A DNA stretch of 64,000 bases from Eledone cirrhosa (Eukaryota). The DNA is taken from the NCBI GenBank assembly GCA_964016885.1, contig OZ024743.1, positions 367,350,001 through 367,414,000 of the forward strand. Reading direction: 5' to 3'. Numbering within the stretch: position 1 is the stretch's first letter; the number at the start of each line of letters is the position of its first letter. Positions 13,964-26,207 of the stretch are shown piece by piece. Made by a program: the position numbers and the translations under genes. Under the pieces are notes generated by a model that did no database searches, had not been told where the DNA came from, and saw only the letters and a list, made by a program, of their open reading frames with translations.

Positions 13964-15687
13964 TTAGTTATATTTCAATGTAATATATTCAAAATATCTG
14001 AATAGCATATAATTTTGAATGTCAAGATATCTAACAATATTATCAATTTAAGGCTTGGATATATGTGTGAGATATTCTTCGAGTAAATAACTACAATCTG
14101 TTTTACTTATTTCTATGGTAAATTACAGAGGAAAAAATATTATATCATTCTTTTTTCCCAGAAAATTCTCGATCTAAAACAAACAATTAAAAAAAAAAGT
14201 AAACCTAAAAAATACAGTATAATAAGGTATGCTGTAGTGAATACAGTATCAGATAGAATCTTAATAAAAAGTGATTGTTCTCATAATCTTAACATTAATT
14301 TTATTTTTAGTTAAATCAAGAAAAAAATAGAAATGAATGGAATTAAAAAATAATCTATACTTCAGTAAAAATCAAAGAAAGAATTGGCAAAATATATTTG
14401 AATTGAAACAGTTTCATCTGTTTTATTTATAAGAGATAGAAGTGAAAAAAACAAACAAAAAGAGATTAGAATTATATGCAGTGGCTAGTTAGGTTTAGAT
14501 TGTGATTGAAAAGGATGCTTTTGCTGTCAGTAAATGTTTTAAATAAGCTGTTTCAAAATGATAGCTTAAGAATGATTGTTTTGACATAGTAGTTTGTATA
14601 ATTCAGTTTATTACATTTAGTAATCTCAAAGAGACTCTTAAGTTGTGATCATAAAAACTCATAAAGTCAGCAGCCTAAATCCTATATCAGACAAAACTCT
14701 CAAAGCTTGCACTGCTAAACATGACCATTTTAATAATGTCAATCTATTTTAGTATTGTGCCTAATCCTTAAGAACACAAAATGTATTCTATACTTGATAG
14801 AAACAAATATTCTGATGCCGTTTCAGTTGTAAAGAACAGAGCACCTTTAAATACTCCCAACAAATGTTAAATCTCTTTCAAAACAGATATTGGATTAAAT
14901 AAAACTAAATGACAGCTGTAAATTGAAGTTGGATTCAAAAGAACTTAATGCCTATTTCTAAATCTTTCTACTTACTCCATACATGCAACAATTCTAAAAA
15001 TATATCTTTTTATCTTTACAGTCAGTGCTACATCAGTGGTTTATAAGTGTTCAATGTTCTATGGACAAATAGCTCATAAAAAATGTGAAGTGGCCCTAAG
15101 TGTGGTAAAGAGAAAGGGAGGAAAAAACCCAGGTCTCATAGTTTGCTGCAGTAGGAAGTAATGCATTAAATCATTGAATTACACTCAGACTAGTTTTCTG
15201 GTTTGAGTGTTTCAACATAGTGGACTCTGCTAAAGGCACCGATGGGCCTGGTGATGCTGTTAAACTGGGCAACAGATTATGTCTACCACCCAAGAACAGA
15301 TACACTCTGATGGGCGTCCATACAATTTACTTCTGTCTAATTTTGCATACAAAACTTATGTTGACTTGATGCTATAATGTAATTGAAACATCGCTAACAA
15401 CAGAACACTTTTTCCTATAACACTAAACCTTTTTACCTACACCAACTACACCAAATACTTCTCCCAAAATATTACCTATTCTTTACTATTTTATTTTATA
15501 AAGGTAAATTCCAACAGATATCCTCTATAGTGCTAGTGTTACGGAAAACTGCACTTAGTCTATGCTGTAAACTGGTTAGTGATAGGAAGGGCATCCTGTC
15601 ATAAAAAACTATGCAAAAAATATGAAAAACACAAGAAAAACTGGTAGGTTTTCTCTTTCAGAAACCTCAAAAACAAGAACTAGCCCT

Positions 15688-16800
15688 TGTAGTGACCCAC
15701 ATTCCGCGGGCTCACATACATTCTCTGTGCGTGATTTGGCTCAGTTCAGCCAATCAGCGCCAGTAGAAGAGGATGTATCCCTACGCGCCCTGAGGAAGAA
15801 ATTCCCCCGAAGATTTGAAGAATCTCTCTCTTGTACCGGGAACTTCGAACCAGCAACACGCATAATGTAACGGTGAGATTTTGCACCCTAGCCTCGCCGG
15901 CTTTCCGGCGCAATGGCACATTCCTTTTGTAACCTCTTTTCATATGTAACTTCAACCATATAAGTTAACAAACATTGTTTGTGCTACACCAAAAATAAAC
16001 ATACATTTCATCTCTAATTTCTGCTGTTGAAATCATTATTATGTTACTCGTGTCTCAATAACATCTATAATCCATGCTGCTGGAATTGGTGACCTGACGA
16101 AAGGAATATTGTAAATACAAAGATGGTAAATAGATCGAGGGACCTTCCCTCACGTCTATGTCGACAAGACAATCCAACGAGGATACAATCACTTTGCCAC
16201 ACTAACGACCTTCAATCATCTACCCTGCTAAAGTGGTGATCGACGTAAGAATTTAACGCAGCCCTTCTTTTTTATTCAGTTGAACTTTTATTGCCACGTT
16301 GCCAACCTTTTCGCAACTTGCGAAAATACAATATATTCCTTTCAAAGTTTTTTTTTGAAAAATTAGCAGTATTTCAAAAACTTTTCGCCACAAGGAAATT
16401 TCAAGATGGCTACCGACAAGTCCTGGCTACACTCGACAACAACAACCACAGCAGCAGCAGCGGCAGCGACAGCATTGTTTAACCACTGACCAACGACAGG
16501 GAATAGTGAGATGGCAGCTTCATAGCCTTACCGACGCAAACCACCACACATCGGAAATTTCAAAACGGCTTGTAACTTTACCGATGCAACCACCATACCT
16601 TCTGTCTCGTTACCACAGGGACTCGAGAAATTGAGACAGTAGTTTTCTCACCATTATGGCGTCAGACGTGGCTGCCATGTTTGGTGACTGCTACTCTACA
16701 GCAGATTCTTTGACTTTGCTTTAACAATAAGCAACACAACCTTATGCCACACAAGGTGGCAGGACGGTAAAATGGCCACGAAAACTCACAAAAACACCAT
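15688..16800 (+). mobile_element. Degenerate Gypsy-like LTR retrotransposon 5' end (LTR, PBS-like site, gag remnant)
   Basis: GC-richer block starting TG at 15688, AATAAA near 15994, CA end at ~16063, TGGTGACC PBS-like motif at 16087, and gag-like remnants MASDVAAMFGD and QPYAT. No second LTR found. Confidence 0.45.
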
Positions 16801-18306
16801 ACATCTAACCCCTAACGGCATTAACAAACTTCTTTTTCAGTTTTCAGATAGAACTAGTGTCTGTACACTGGTGATGTGTGAACTATTTGACTTTGAAAAA
16901 CTTTCAACTTTTCATTGAGCAATTTCTCTGCTCCCTTAGATTGACTTTGAATTATCAGTTTGTTACATTCACATATTTCTTTGTGGAATGCATTTACTTG
17001 TTTTGTGCTCTTTTGCTATTTGCTTGCTAATGGTTTTTGTTCATTCACAAACTTTGCTGTTTTACATGCCTGCATATGCACACATTTTTTTGTCACACAC
17101 CAACATGTTGTTCTTGGTATATGTTCTTCAAACGTAATATTCTGCGAGTCCCTTTTCACCTGGTTGAGGTGCTGTCACATGCTAGCAGCTCACAGAGCTT
17201 AATCCACTGGATTCAAACAGGCACCGCAACACGAGAATACTAATTGCAGCTGAACTTAAACAGCTTCGCATCTCGTTGCACACTGATCGTCCATGACGGC
17301 CATCCGTCTTGTTGTTTTTGCCCGACTCGCTGGGAAAGCAACAAATTGAACTGGACTTGTCAGCATTTCAGCCACTTCTGTGGATTCGCCCGAATTATGG
17401 AATTTACACTGCAACCCACCTACAGATTAAACTTGCTTTTATTTCTTTTCAAAGCAACCAGCCATTTTTTCCTGGCTCCCTAGCACATTCGGCAATACAA
17501 CTGGGAGGCCAACATTTTCTCGCCTACCCATCATCTTCTTGCCAGCACTGGTAAACTACCATAATAGCTTCGTCCACAGCTACTGGTACAGCACTTACCA
17601 TTAACATTAAATGCAAGAACAGCAACTTCGCCCATGTCAGACTTTATCTGTTTTTGTTAGACCTTTACTGGTCACGTATAAATAACAGAACAACTGGTCA
17701 TTTGACATAGCGGCTCAACACGGTCCGTAGCGCCTCATTTTTTTTCTTGCATGCAGCCTTCTGCTCAATTATTTTTTCACTGATGTGCTCTTTCAGCATT
17801 TGTTCTTGCTGATTCAATAATCTATATCGACTTCCTTGTGGGTCCTTGGCTTCTTCGTTTACGATTTTCGGCTAAAAATCTGCGTTTACGATTTTCGGCT
17901 AAAAACCTTCAATCATCTACCCTGCTAAACCCTTTTCACGTATAGAAAAATAATATATAATATATACATATATATATTATATATATATATATGATAAAAA
18001 AAAAAAAAAAAATAGAAATAAGGATACATAAAACGTAAGATACAGTAATTGGTCAGACAATCACATGCACACATATATATACATACAATTATAAAGACAG
18101 ACACATATATATATATCTATAAACACACATACACATAAAAACACATACGCATATATAAGCACATACATACAATTATATACAGACACATACATACATAAAT
18201 ATAAAAACAATTACATATGTATACATATACACACATATACACATATACATAGACATATAAATAGCCCCCCCCCCCACGCATATATATATATGTAGTAAGT
18301 AAGTTA

Positions 18307-20071
18307 TGTAGTAAGTAAGGCAATCAAAGATATGAAGACGGGGAAGGCAACTGGCCCATCGGGTATAGCTGCTGAGATGCTGAAGGCATCTGGGTCGGTA
18401 GGTCACACCATAATCACACGTATTGTTAACCAGGTAATGCTAGAAGGTGTCATACCAAAGGATTGGTGCAGCAGCATCATTGTCAACTGCTACAAGGGTA
18501 AAGGTGGTGCACTAGATAGAGGAAACTATAAAGGTATAAAGCTGATGGACCAGGTCATGAAAGTCACAGAAAGAGCTATAGCACAGTTGATTAGGGACTG
18601 GGTGAAACTAGATGAGATGCAATTTTGGTTTGTGCCAAGAAAAGGCACCACTGATGCTCTCTTCCTTGTGAGGCAGTTACAGGAAAAGTACCTAGCTAAA
18701 AGTAAACCGCTCTACCTAGCATTCGTCAATCTAGAGAAAGCCTTTGATAGAGTTCCCCGTGCTATAATCTGGTGGGCAATAACGGAGGAGTTTCAGACCG
18801 GATGCCCATGGGAACTCCTGTATGCAGATGACCTCGAACTTATAGCTGAATCTATGGTAGAACTAGAGAAGAAATTCCAAACATGGAAGCAGAGACTAGA
18901 AAGAAAGGGTCTTAAAGTCAACCTGACAAAGACTAAGGTCCTTGTATGTAGACGAGAAAACAGAACCCAGATCGCCTCAGGGAAATGGCCTTGCTCAGTA
19001 TGTAGGAAAGGTGTAGGTAGGAACTATATCCTCTGCCCCAAATGCAAACAATGGGTACACAAGAGATGTAGTAGGATCTCAGGGAGCTTAACTAAGAATG
19101 TAGGCCTTACATGTGGGACAGCAAGCAGCAAACAGCCACAGAAAACAAGCACCACCAAACTCTGGGAGGGCTCTGTAGAAACAGTAGACAGCTTCTGCTA
19201 CCTAGGTGACTGAATTAGCAGCAGAGGTGGGTGTTCAGAAAGTACAATAACTAGGGTAAGAGCGGGATGGAAGAAGTTCAGGGAGCTACTGCCACTGCTA
19301 GCTGCAAAAGGCTTTTCTCTCAAAATGAAAGGCAGACTGTATGATGCGTGTATACGAACAGCAATGTTACATTGTAGTGAGACCTGGGCGCTGTCTGTAG
19401 AAGACTTGCATAGATTAGAAAGAAACGAAGCCTGCATGCGCCGATGGATGAGTAATTGTAATATACACGAATGGCAAAGCATAAATAAATTGAGAGAGAG
19501 ACTGAGCATAAGAGGAATCAAATGCTGTGTGCAGGAGAGAAGGTTACATTGGTATGGACATGTGATGCGTATGAAGGATGACAGCTGCATAAAAAGGTGC
19601 AGAGCACTAGAAGCCTTGGAGTGGGGAGACCCAAGATGACCTGGGATGAGGTGATAAAAGCCGACCTTACCCAATGACACCTATCAAAGACGATGACATA
19701 TGACTGTGATCTCTGGCGTCACACAGTAATACAGAAGACCCGACTCCCCACGGGTACAAGCTGAAGCTGAAGCATATAGACAATATGTCCCCACACCCTC
19801 CTACTGCAAAGTGGTCGTGGAGGTGTCACGGAAAAAAAGCATCCAGCCCACACTGTAAAGTGGACGTGTAGACAATGGAAAAAAAGCACCCAGCACTCAC
19901 TGTAAATGAGGTTGATGTTAGGAAGGGCATCCAGCTGTAGAAATCAAGCCAGAATCAGTTCCTGTATGAGCAAGACAAGGTCAGCCGATTGACTACTGCC
20001 CGCAACAGGACAAACCGTCTAACCCGTGCTAGCGTGGAAGAACGGACGTAAAACGGTGATGATGATGATGA
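18307..20071 (+). mobile_element. RTE-type LINE RT fragment with an in-frame internal deletion
   Basis: ORF 18332-19213 has KATGPSGI, NLEKAFDRVPR, LLYADD and the PHD-like finger. About 58 codons including the HQG motif are missing (WWA|ITEE). 3'UTR repeats and a (TGA)n tail follow. Confidence 0.92.
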
Positions 20072-21087
20072 TATGCACACACATATACACATACATACAC
20101 ACATACAGATACACACACACACATCTATATATATACATATAAGTATATATACACAACACACATACATACATATGCATGCATACACATAACATATGTACAT
20201 ACACATACATACAGACACACAAACATATATATATATAGACATACACATATACATATGCATACACATACACATATATACACATACGTAAAAACATATATAC
20301 ACACACATCTATACGATATATATATACACACCCATATTATATGGGTATATATATATATATATATATCTGTTTGACCCGAAATAGGAGATCGAATCTTCGC
20401 TGTGTGGATAATTAGTTTAACCACCATCTCAGTGTGTTTGGCCTTTAACGTAAGTTGTAAGCTCTAATTTTTTGAATTATTGAGCGCTTGCCTCACAATT
20501 CGAAAGTGTCTTTTCGTTATTTCATAGGCTGAAATTCGATTCTCGCTAATTTTTACTTGTATAGATATATATATATATATATATATTAAGCATATATGTA
20601 TACAAAACATACATATATACACATAAAACCATATGCAAAAAATTATATATAATCACATACATATAAACACACACATATACATATACATACATACATAGAA
20701 AAAATAAATATATTAGCACCCAAAACTTTTTATACATATCTATGAATATGTTAAGTCTATTTGCAGAGAGAAGTATTCGGTGCTATAATTAGGGATGAAG
20801 TAAGATTGGATAAAAATATATGTAAGTGTTATAAGTAAATGAAATTATATATGTGTGTCAAATATATCATTAGAAAGAGGGAGTGCTCAATGCATCTTAT
20901 AGAGTACACTTAGTGAAAAAAATGAGAATAACCAATAAGTGAGTGTTATAGGTATAACAAAAAGCATGTAATCATAGTCAATATGTGATTGTTGTTTATG
21001 TGTAATGGGTATAACTAAATGTATGTGTTCATATTGAATATAAGTTCAGAGTAGTTAGTGTTAATTTGATAATTAAAATATATGTTA

Positions 21088-22331
21088 GGGTACCCCAATC
21101 TGTCATCTGGTGGTCCCTAAGGAAACTAGGTGTTGAGGAATGGCTTGTGAGGACAGTGCAAGCTTTGTACAGAGGTGTTGTCAGTAAAGTGAGGGTAGGA
21201 ATGGAGTTTAGTGAGGAATTCCAGATACAAGTAGGAGTACATCAGGGTTTGGTCCTCAGCCTGCTCTTGTTCATTATAGTCCTCCAAGCCATAACAGAGG
21301 AGTTTAAGACTGACTGTCTATGGGAGCTTCTCTATGCTGATGATCTGGTTCTTATAGCAGAATCAGTAGAGGAGCTAGAGAATAAATTCTGGCTATTGAA
21401 ACAGCAGTTGGAATCAAGAGGACTGAGAGTGAACATAGCTAAGACAAAAGTGTTGATAAGTAGAAAAGAGGACAAAACTCTGATTCCATCAGGAAAATGG
21501 CCATGTTCAATATGCAGAAAAGGAACTGGCATAAATTCTATAAAATGCACACAATACAGATCCTGGGTACACAAGAGATGTAGCGGGATAGCAGGCAAAC
21601 TAACAGGTAGGGAGAAATATGTATGCAGTAGATGTCCAGGGAAATTAGACAGTAGAAGTCGCATTGATAGACATATTTTTCCAATGCAGGCGGGTGCTAT
21701 AGAAGTGGCGGATAGCTTCTGGTACCTAGGAGAATAGATTAGCATGGGAGGGGAGGGGGAGGGTGTTCCGAGGCCATAGTATCTAGAATAAGGACGGGTT
21801 GGAAGGAGTTTAGGGAGCTTCTTCCTCTGCTGACGAAGAAGGGTTTCTCCCTGCGTACGAAAGGCCGGTTATATGATGCCTGTGTGAAGTGCGCGATGCT
21901 GTATGGTAGTGAGACATGGGCAGCAACTGCAGAGGATTTGCGACGGCTGGAGAGAAATGAGGCAAGCATGCTCCGTTGAATGTGCAATGTCAATGTGCGT
22001 AAACGACCGAGCATGGATGTGTTGAGAGAGAAACTGTTTTTAAGAGGGATAAGTTGTAGTGTGCGGGAGAGAAGACTGTGATGGTATGGACATGTGATGT
22101 GCATGGAGGATGACCGCTTGGTAAAGAAGTGCCAATAAATGCCAGTTGAAGGAAGACAAAGTAGAGGAAGACCACGAAAAACCTGGGCGGAAGTGGGGAG
22201 AGCAGACCTCAGATCGCTGAAGCTCACAGTGGAGATGACGAAGGACAGTGGCAAGTGGAGAGATTCCGTGCTGAATAGGACCCGTCCCACCCTTGCAAGC
22301 AGGGAAAAGCGGACGTAAAATGATGATGATG
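21088..22331 (+). mobile_element. RTE-type LINE fragment (divergent subfamily, short 3'UTR)
   Basis: GVHQGLVLSLLLF, LLYADD, PHD-like finger and GRPRKTW. Tail CCCACCCTTGCAAGCAGGGAAAAGCGGACGTAAAA(TGA)n. Confidence 0.9.
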
Positions 22332-22334
22332 TCC

Positions 22335-24660
22335 AGGGCAGTTGTGAGGCTATGTTTATTCCAACAGGAAAACAGATGGGATGTTATATGTGGGCAACTT
22401 CAGAAATTCTCAGTTTTAGAGTTAAGACAAGTATTTGGAGATTTCAGGTTTTGTAGAATTTTATATTTCTCACTTATGCATAAAATACATTTTTTTGTAC
22501 CTTTTGCATATTCTTTTGATTGGTCTAAAATGGACCAATCAATTACATATGGTATTCCACGTTCTTTCATCTCCCAGGCTCTGTTTGTCAGTAATATCTT
22601 TGTTTGAATTTACCTTGAGTCAAACCAACATATTGCTCACCTGTAGCACGTTGGTTGGTGTTTACAGGTGTAATTTTAGCCTCATATACAATAGATTTTA
22701 TGTTACATTTGCCCTGTAGAGGACTTACGTTTGCATTTCTACATGAACATCCTGGATTTTCTCTGTGTATTTTCCCATTAGTAATCTTGGATTTCATAGA
22801 AGGACTTCATGAATAGCTAAGCTTCAATAAATTTCTATTAAATATTATATGCTGTAGGGGGAAATGCTTATCTCAGAAACCAAGGAACTTTCTGTTTTTA
22901 CTGCTAATGAAAAGGGTGGCGTAAACCAAATTATTTTTATTTTTCTATTATTATGTTTAATAGTATTAGCAGGAATAGGTATATATTTAATTGATTCATT
23001 AAAACCACTATTTTTAAGAGCCTTATTATAATAAGGGGCTGTTTTATTAAATATTTTTTTCAGAGGAAGAGAGGGTCAATACCCTACGACTAATATTCGA
23101 GATAAGGTTTTAATATGCTAGGGGGGGGGGGGGGAGATGGCATGACCCTTTATTTATATATCTTAAATTTTCAATAGGTTTATGATATGGTTTAAAAGAA
23201 TCAGTAAGTAAATCAAGATTAATATCGAGTAAGTTAGCATTAGTTAGATTTGTATCTATTGTGATTTTAAGATTTAGATTAGAGAAGGTTTTTATCAAAT
23301 CTTTACGAAATTTGTCAAGATCATTGCCATTGGTGATATGAGAGACTGCTAGTCCATCATCTCGATATAATCCGATAGTGAATTGGGGAATTTCTCTTTA
23401 AGTGTGTGGAGGAGGAATAAGCCAACTAAATCACATACATCAGCACTATAGAAAGAACCCATTGACACATCTAAAGGATTTTCTGGGTTGGATTTTTTTA
23501 CCCAGGTTTCGTCTTTGGCAAAAAGTGATGTTTTTCTGGCATGCAAAATTACATCTTCCTCTAGGTCTGATATATCAGTAAATTGTCTAACAAAATCTAA
23601 TGCTTTGGCTAATAGGGAGTGAGTAATAGAAGGGTAGAAATCTACTATATCAAATAGGGTAAATCTAGACATATTTTTCTCTTGTATATTATTAAACCAA
23701 GATATAACTGAGGAGTTATTTAACCATTGAAATAATTCTGTTTTACTTCTTATTTATTCAATGATATTTCTTAAGTTATTTTACTATCAAGACAAATTTC
23801 TTATTTAGCAGGGTTAATAAGTCTAAAACTAGGTTGGTTATTGAAATCTATTTTATGGTCTTTAAGTCTAATATAGGCTTTACATTTTGCTCGGCTTTCA
23901 GTTTTATTATCTATTCTTAATTTTCTTGCTATATCTTTAGCTTCATTATTTATATTATCATAGGTGTTACTTTTAGCTTTTTGATATTTACTAGTATTAC
24001 TATGTTAAAAGTTGGTTATATAATTGGTTATTAACTTCATATAAATTTTTAGCTTTATCGGAAAGTACAAATGTATTATTAAAGGAATTAATATTAAAAA
24101 TACCATTAGAAAGTTTAGTTTGAAAATTATTATTGTACTTACGAAATGTTAGCTAAGTCTAATTCAAAGGGGGATATATCTTTAACCATTGGTGGGTATT
24201 TGTATGACTTAATGTCAAAGTAATCCACTGAGTTTGTACTGAACTGTCCGTCAAATATCATAGCTTTCCATCTCATTCTTTGTATAACTCTTTCAACTTT
24301 ATCAATTAACATTTTGGTGTAAGATGCATTAGAAGGTGTTGGAATAGTTTTAATAGAGTAATCCATTTCATATATATCCATAATTTATGTTGGTTAATTT
24401 CCTTTAAACTGTAGAGTGCTCAACTTATTGGGCTGGAAGATACGAATCACATTTACAAGATGCAGAATTTGCTTCAATCATTCCCGGTGTTAAGTAATTC
24501 CATAGAAAAGGTAAAGGTAAGAAGAGTGCTCTATGTAAAGTATAGAGCTATTTAATTATATAATAAACAACACAATATAATTATTCCATTACCAAAGGTT
24601 TCAGGAGACTAGACGATCCTTACAGAAACGTTAGCTCGTTCATCAGATGAAATAGTCATG
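22335..24660 (-). mobile_element. Penelope-like element 1 (RT and GIY-YIG endonuclease), disrupted
   Basis: N-terminal YSIKTIPTPS..ERVIQRMRWKA. RT motifs FDIVDFYPSI and VSMGSFYSADVCDLVG. Thumb region NLLDINLDL..FKPYHKP. Cys linker and GIY-YIG CSCRNANVSPLQGKC..IVYEAKI..YVGLTQGKFKQRYY. Confidence 0.88.
24582..24654 (-). ncRNA. Type I hammerhead ribozyme (extended stem II) at the 5' end of PLE1
   Basis: UAUUUCAU-CUGAUGA-[37 nt]-GAAA-CC-UUU-G-GUA-AUGGAAUA: 8-bp stem I with one G.U pair, intact core, stem III and GUA site. Stem II base is imperfect. Confidence 0.7.
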
Positions 24661-25284
24661 TTTTGGATATAAGATTTGAAATTAATATCTATCAAAAATG
24701 TAAGTGAGGCTGAGTTAAAATAACATCTTATAATGGAAAAAATATATATACATGTGCACACACATAAGAACACTTGCGCACATCTATATGTACATCTAAT
24801 TACATTCTTACATAAGTAAATAAAAGCAATAACCACATATACACACACATACATCCACACATATATACATACATACACAGCACACACACACTTACAGACA
24901 GACACACATACACACACACATATATATATATATATACGATATACACGCATATATACACACATGTATGTACATACACTCACATACATACATATATACAAGC
25001 ATACACATAAATTAACAACATATAAAAATATAATACACAGTAGTTGGCCAGACAATCACAGGCACACATATATACACATACAATTATAAAAACACACACA
25101 CATATATACATATATGTATATAGAAATTGGAATAAATGCTCTGAAATAGCGATATATATGTGAATATAGACATAGAATATTCGAAAATATTCTGTATGTT
25201 TATAATAAACATTTTGAAGACCTAATCGCTATAGAATAGAATACGTCACGTATTACAATTAGATTCTCGATAAAAGCAAGGGAA

Positions 25285-25327
25285 GTAATCTACGCGTTTC
25301 ATTCTTGTTAGAATTCATCAGGACTAC
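25285..25327 (-). ncRNA. Minimal type I hammerhead ribozyme, unit 1
   Basis: GUAGUC-CUGAUGA-AUUCU-AACA-AGAAU-GAAA-CGC-GUA-GAUUAC: 6-bp stem I, 5-bp stem II, palindromic stem III (ACGCGU), predicted cleavage after GUA between 25291 and 25290. Confidence 0.9.
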
Positions 25328-25594
25328 ATATCCAGTGCTTTTATCGAGAATGACACAGCTAGAGACTTATAGAATACTTAGCTGTGTACAGGAACTGGTT
25401 TGAAAGAGCGGTTGCCGGTCCGGCAGAAATTAGAAATTGGAATAAATGCTCTGAAATAGCGATATATATGTGAATATAGACATAGAATATTCGAAAATAT
25501 TCTGTATGTTTATAATAAACATTTTGAAGACCTAATCGCTATAGAATAGAATACGTCACGTATTACAATTAGATTCTCGATAAAAGCAAGGGAA

Positions 25595-25637
25595 GTAATC
25601 TACGCGTTTCATTCTTGTTAGAATTCATCAGGACTAC
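25595..25637 (-). ncRNA. Minimal type I hammerhead ribozyme, unit 2
   Basis: Identical to 25285-25327. Confidence 0.9.
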
Positions 25638-25904
25638 ATATCCAGTGCTTTTATCGAGAATGACACAGCTAGAGACTTATAGAATACTTAGCTGTGTACA
25701 GGAACTGGTTTGAAAGAGCGGTTGCCGGTCCGGCAGAAATTAGAAATTGGAATAAATGCTCTGAAATAGCGATATATATGTGAATATAGACATAGAATAT
25801 TCGAAAATATTCTGTATGTTTATAATAAACATTTTGAAGACCTAATCGCTATAGAATAGAATACGTCACGTATTACAATTAGATACTCGATAAAAGCAAG
25901 GGAA

Positions 25905-25947
25905 GTAATCTACGCGTTTCATTCTTGTTAGAATTCATCAGGACTAC
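25905..25947 (-). ncRNA. Minimal type I hammerhead ribozyme, unit 3
   Basis: Identical to 25285-25327. Confidence 0.9.
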
Positions 25948-26207
25948 ATATCCAGTGCTTTTATCGAGAATGACACAGCTAGAGACTTATAGAATACTTA
26001 GCTGTGTACAGGAACTGGTTTGAAAGAGCGGTTGCCGGTCCGGCAGAAATTAGAAATTGGAATAAATGCTCTGAAATAGCGATATATATGTGAATATAGA
26101 CATAGAATATTCGAAAATATTCTGTATGTTTATAATAAACATTTTGAAGACCTAATCGCTATAGAATAGAATACGTCACGTATATATGTATATATATATA
26201 TATATAT

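Larger units (their letters stand above)
25121..26182 (-). repeat. 310-bp tandem array (3.4 units), retrozyme-like
   Basis: Units start at 25121, 25431, 25741 and 26051 (partial). Only one difference seen (T to A at 25885). Each full unit carries a hammerhead and the array is flanked by (TA)n. Confidence 0.95.

Noticed and set aside
25121-26182. CRISPR array or ordinary satellite
   Set aside because: There are no unique spacers and the context is eukaryotic. The units contain a complete ribozyme fold, so a retrozyme fits better.
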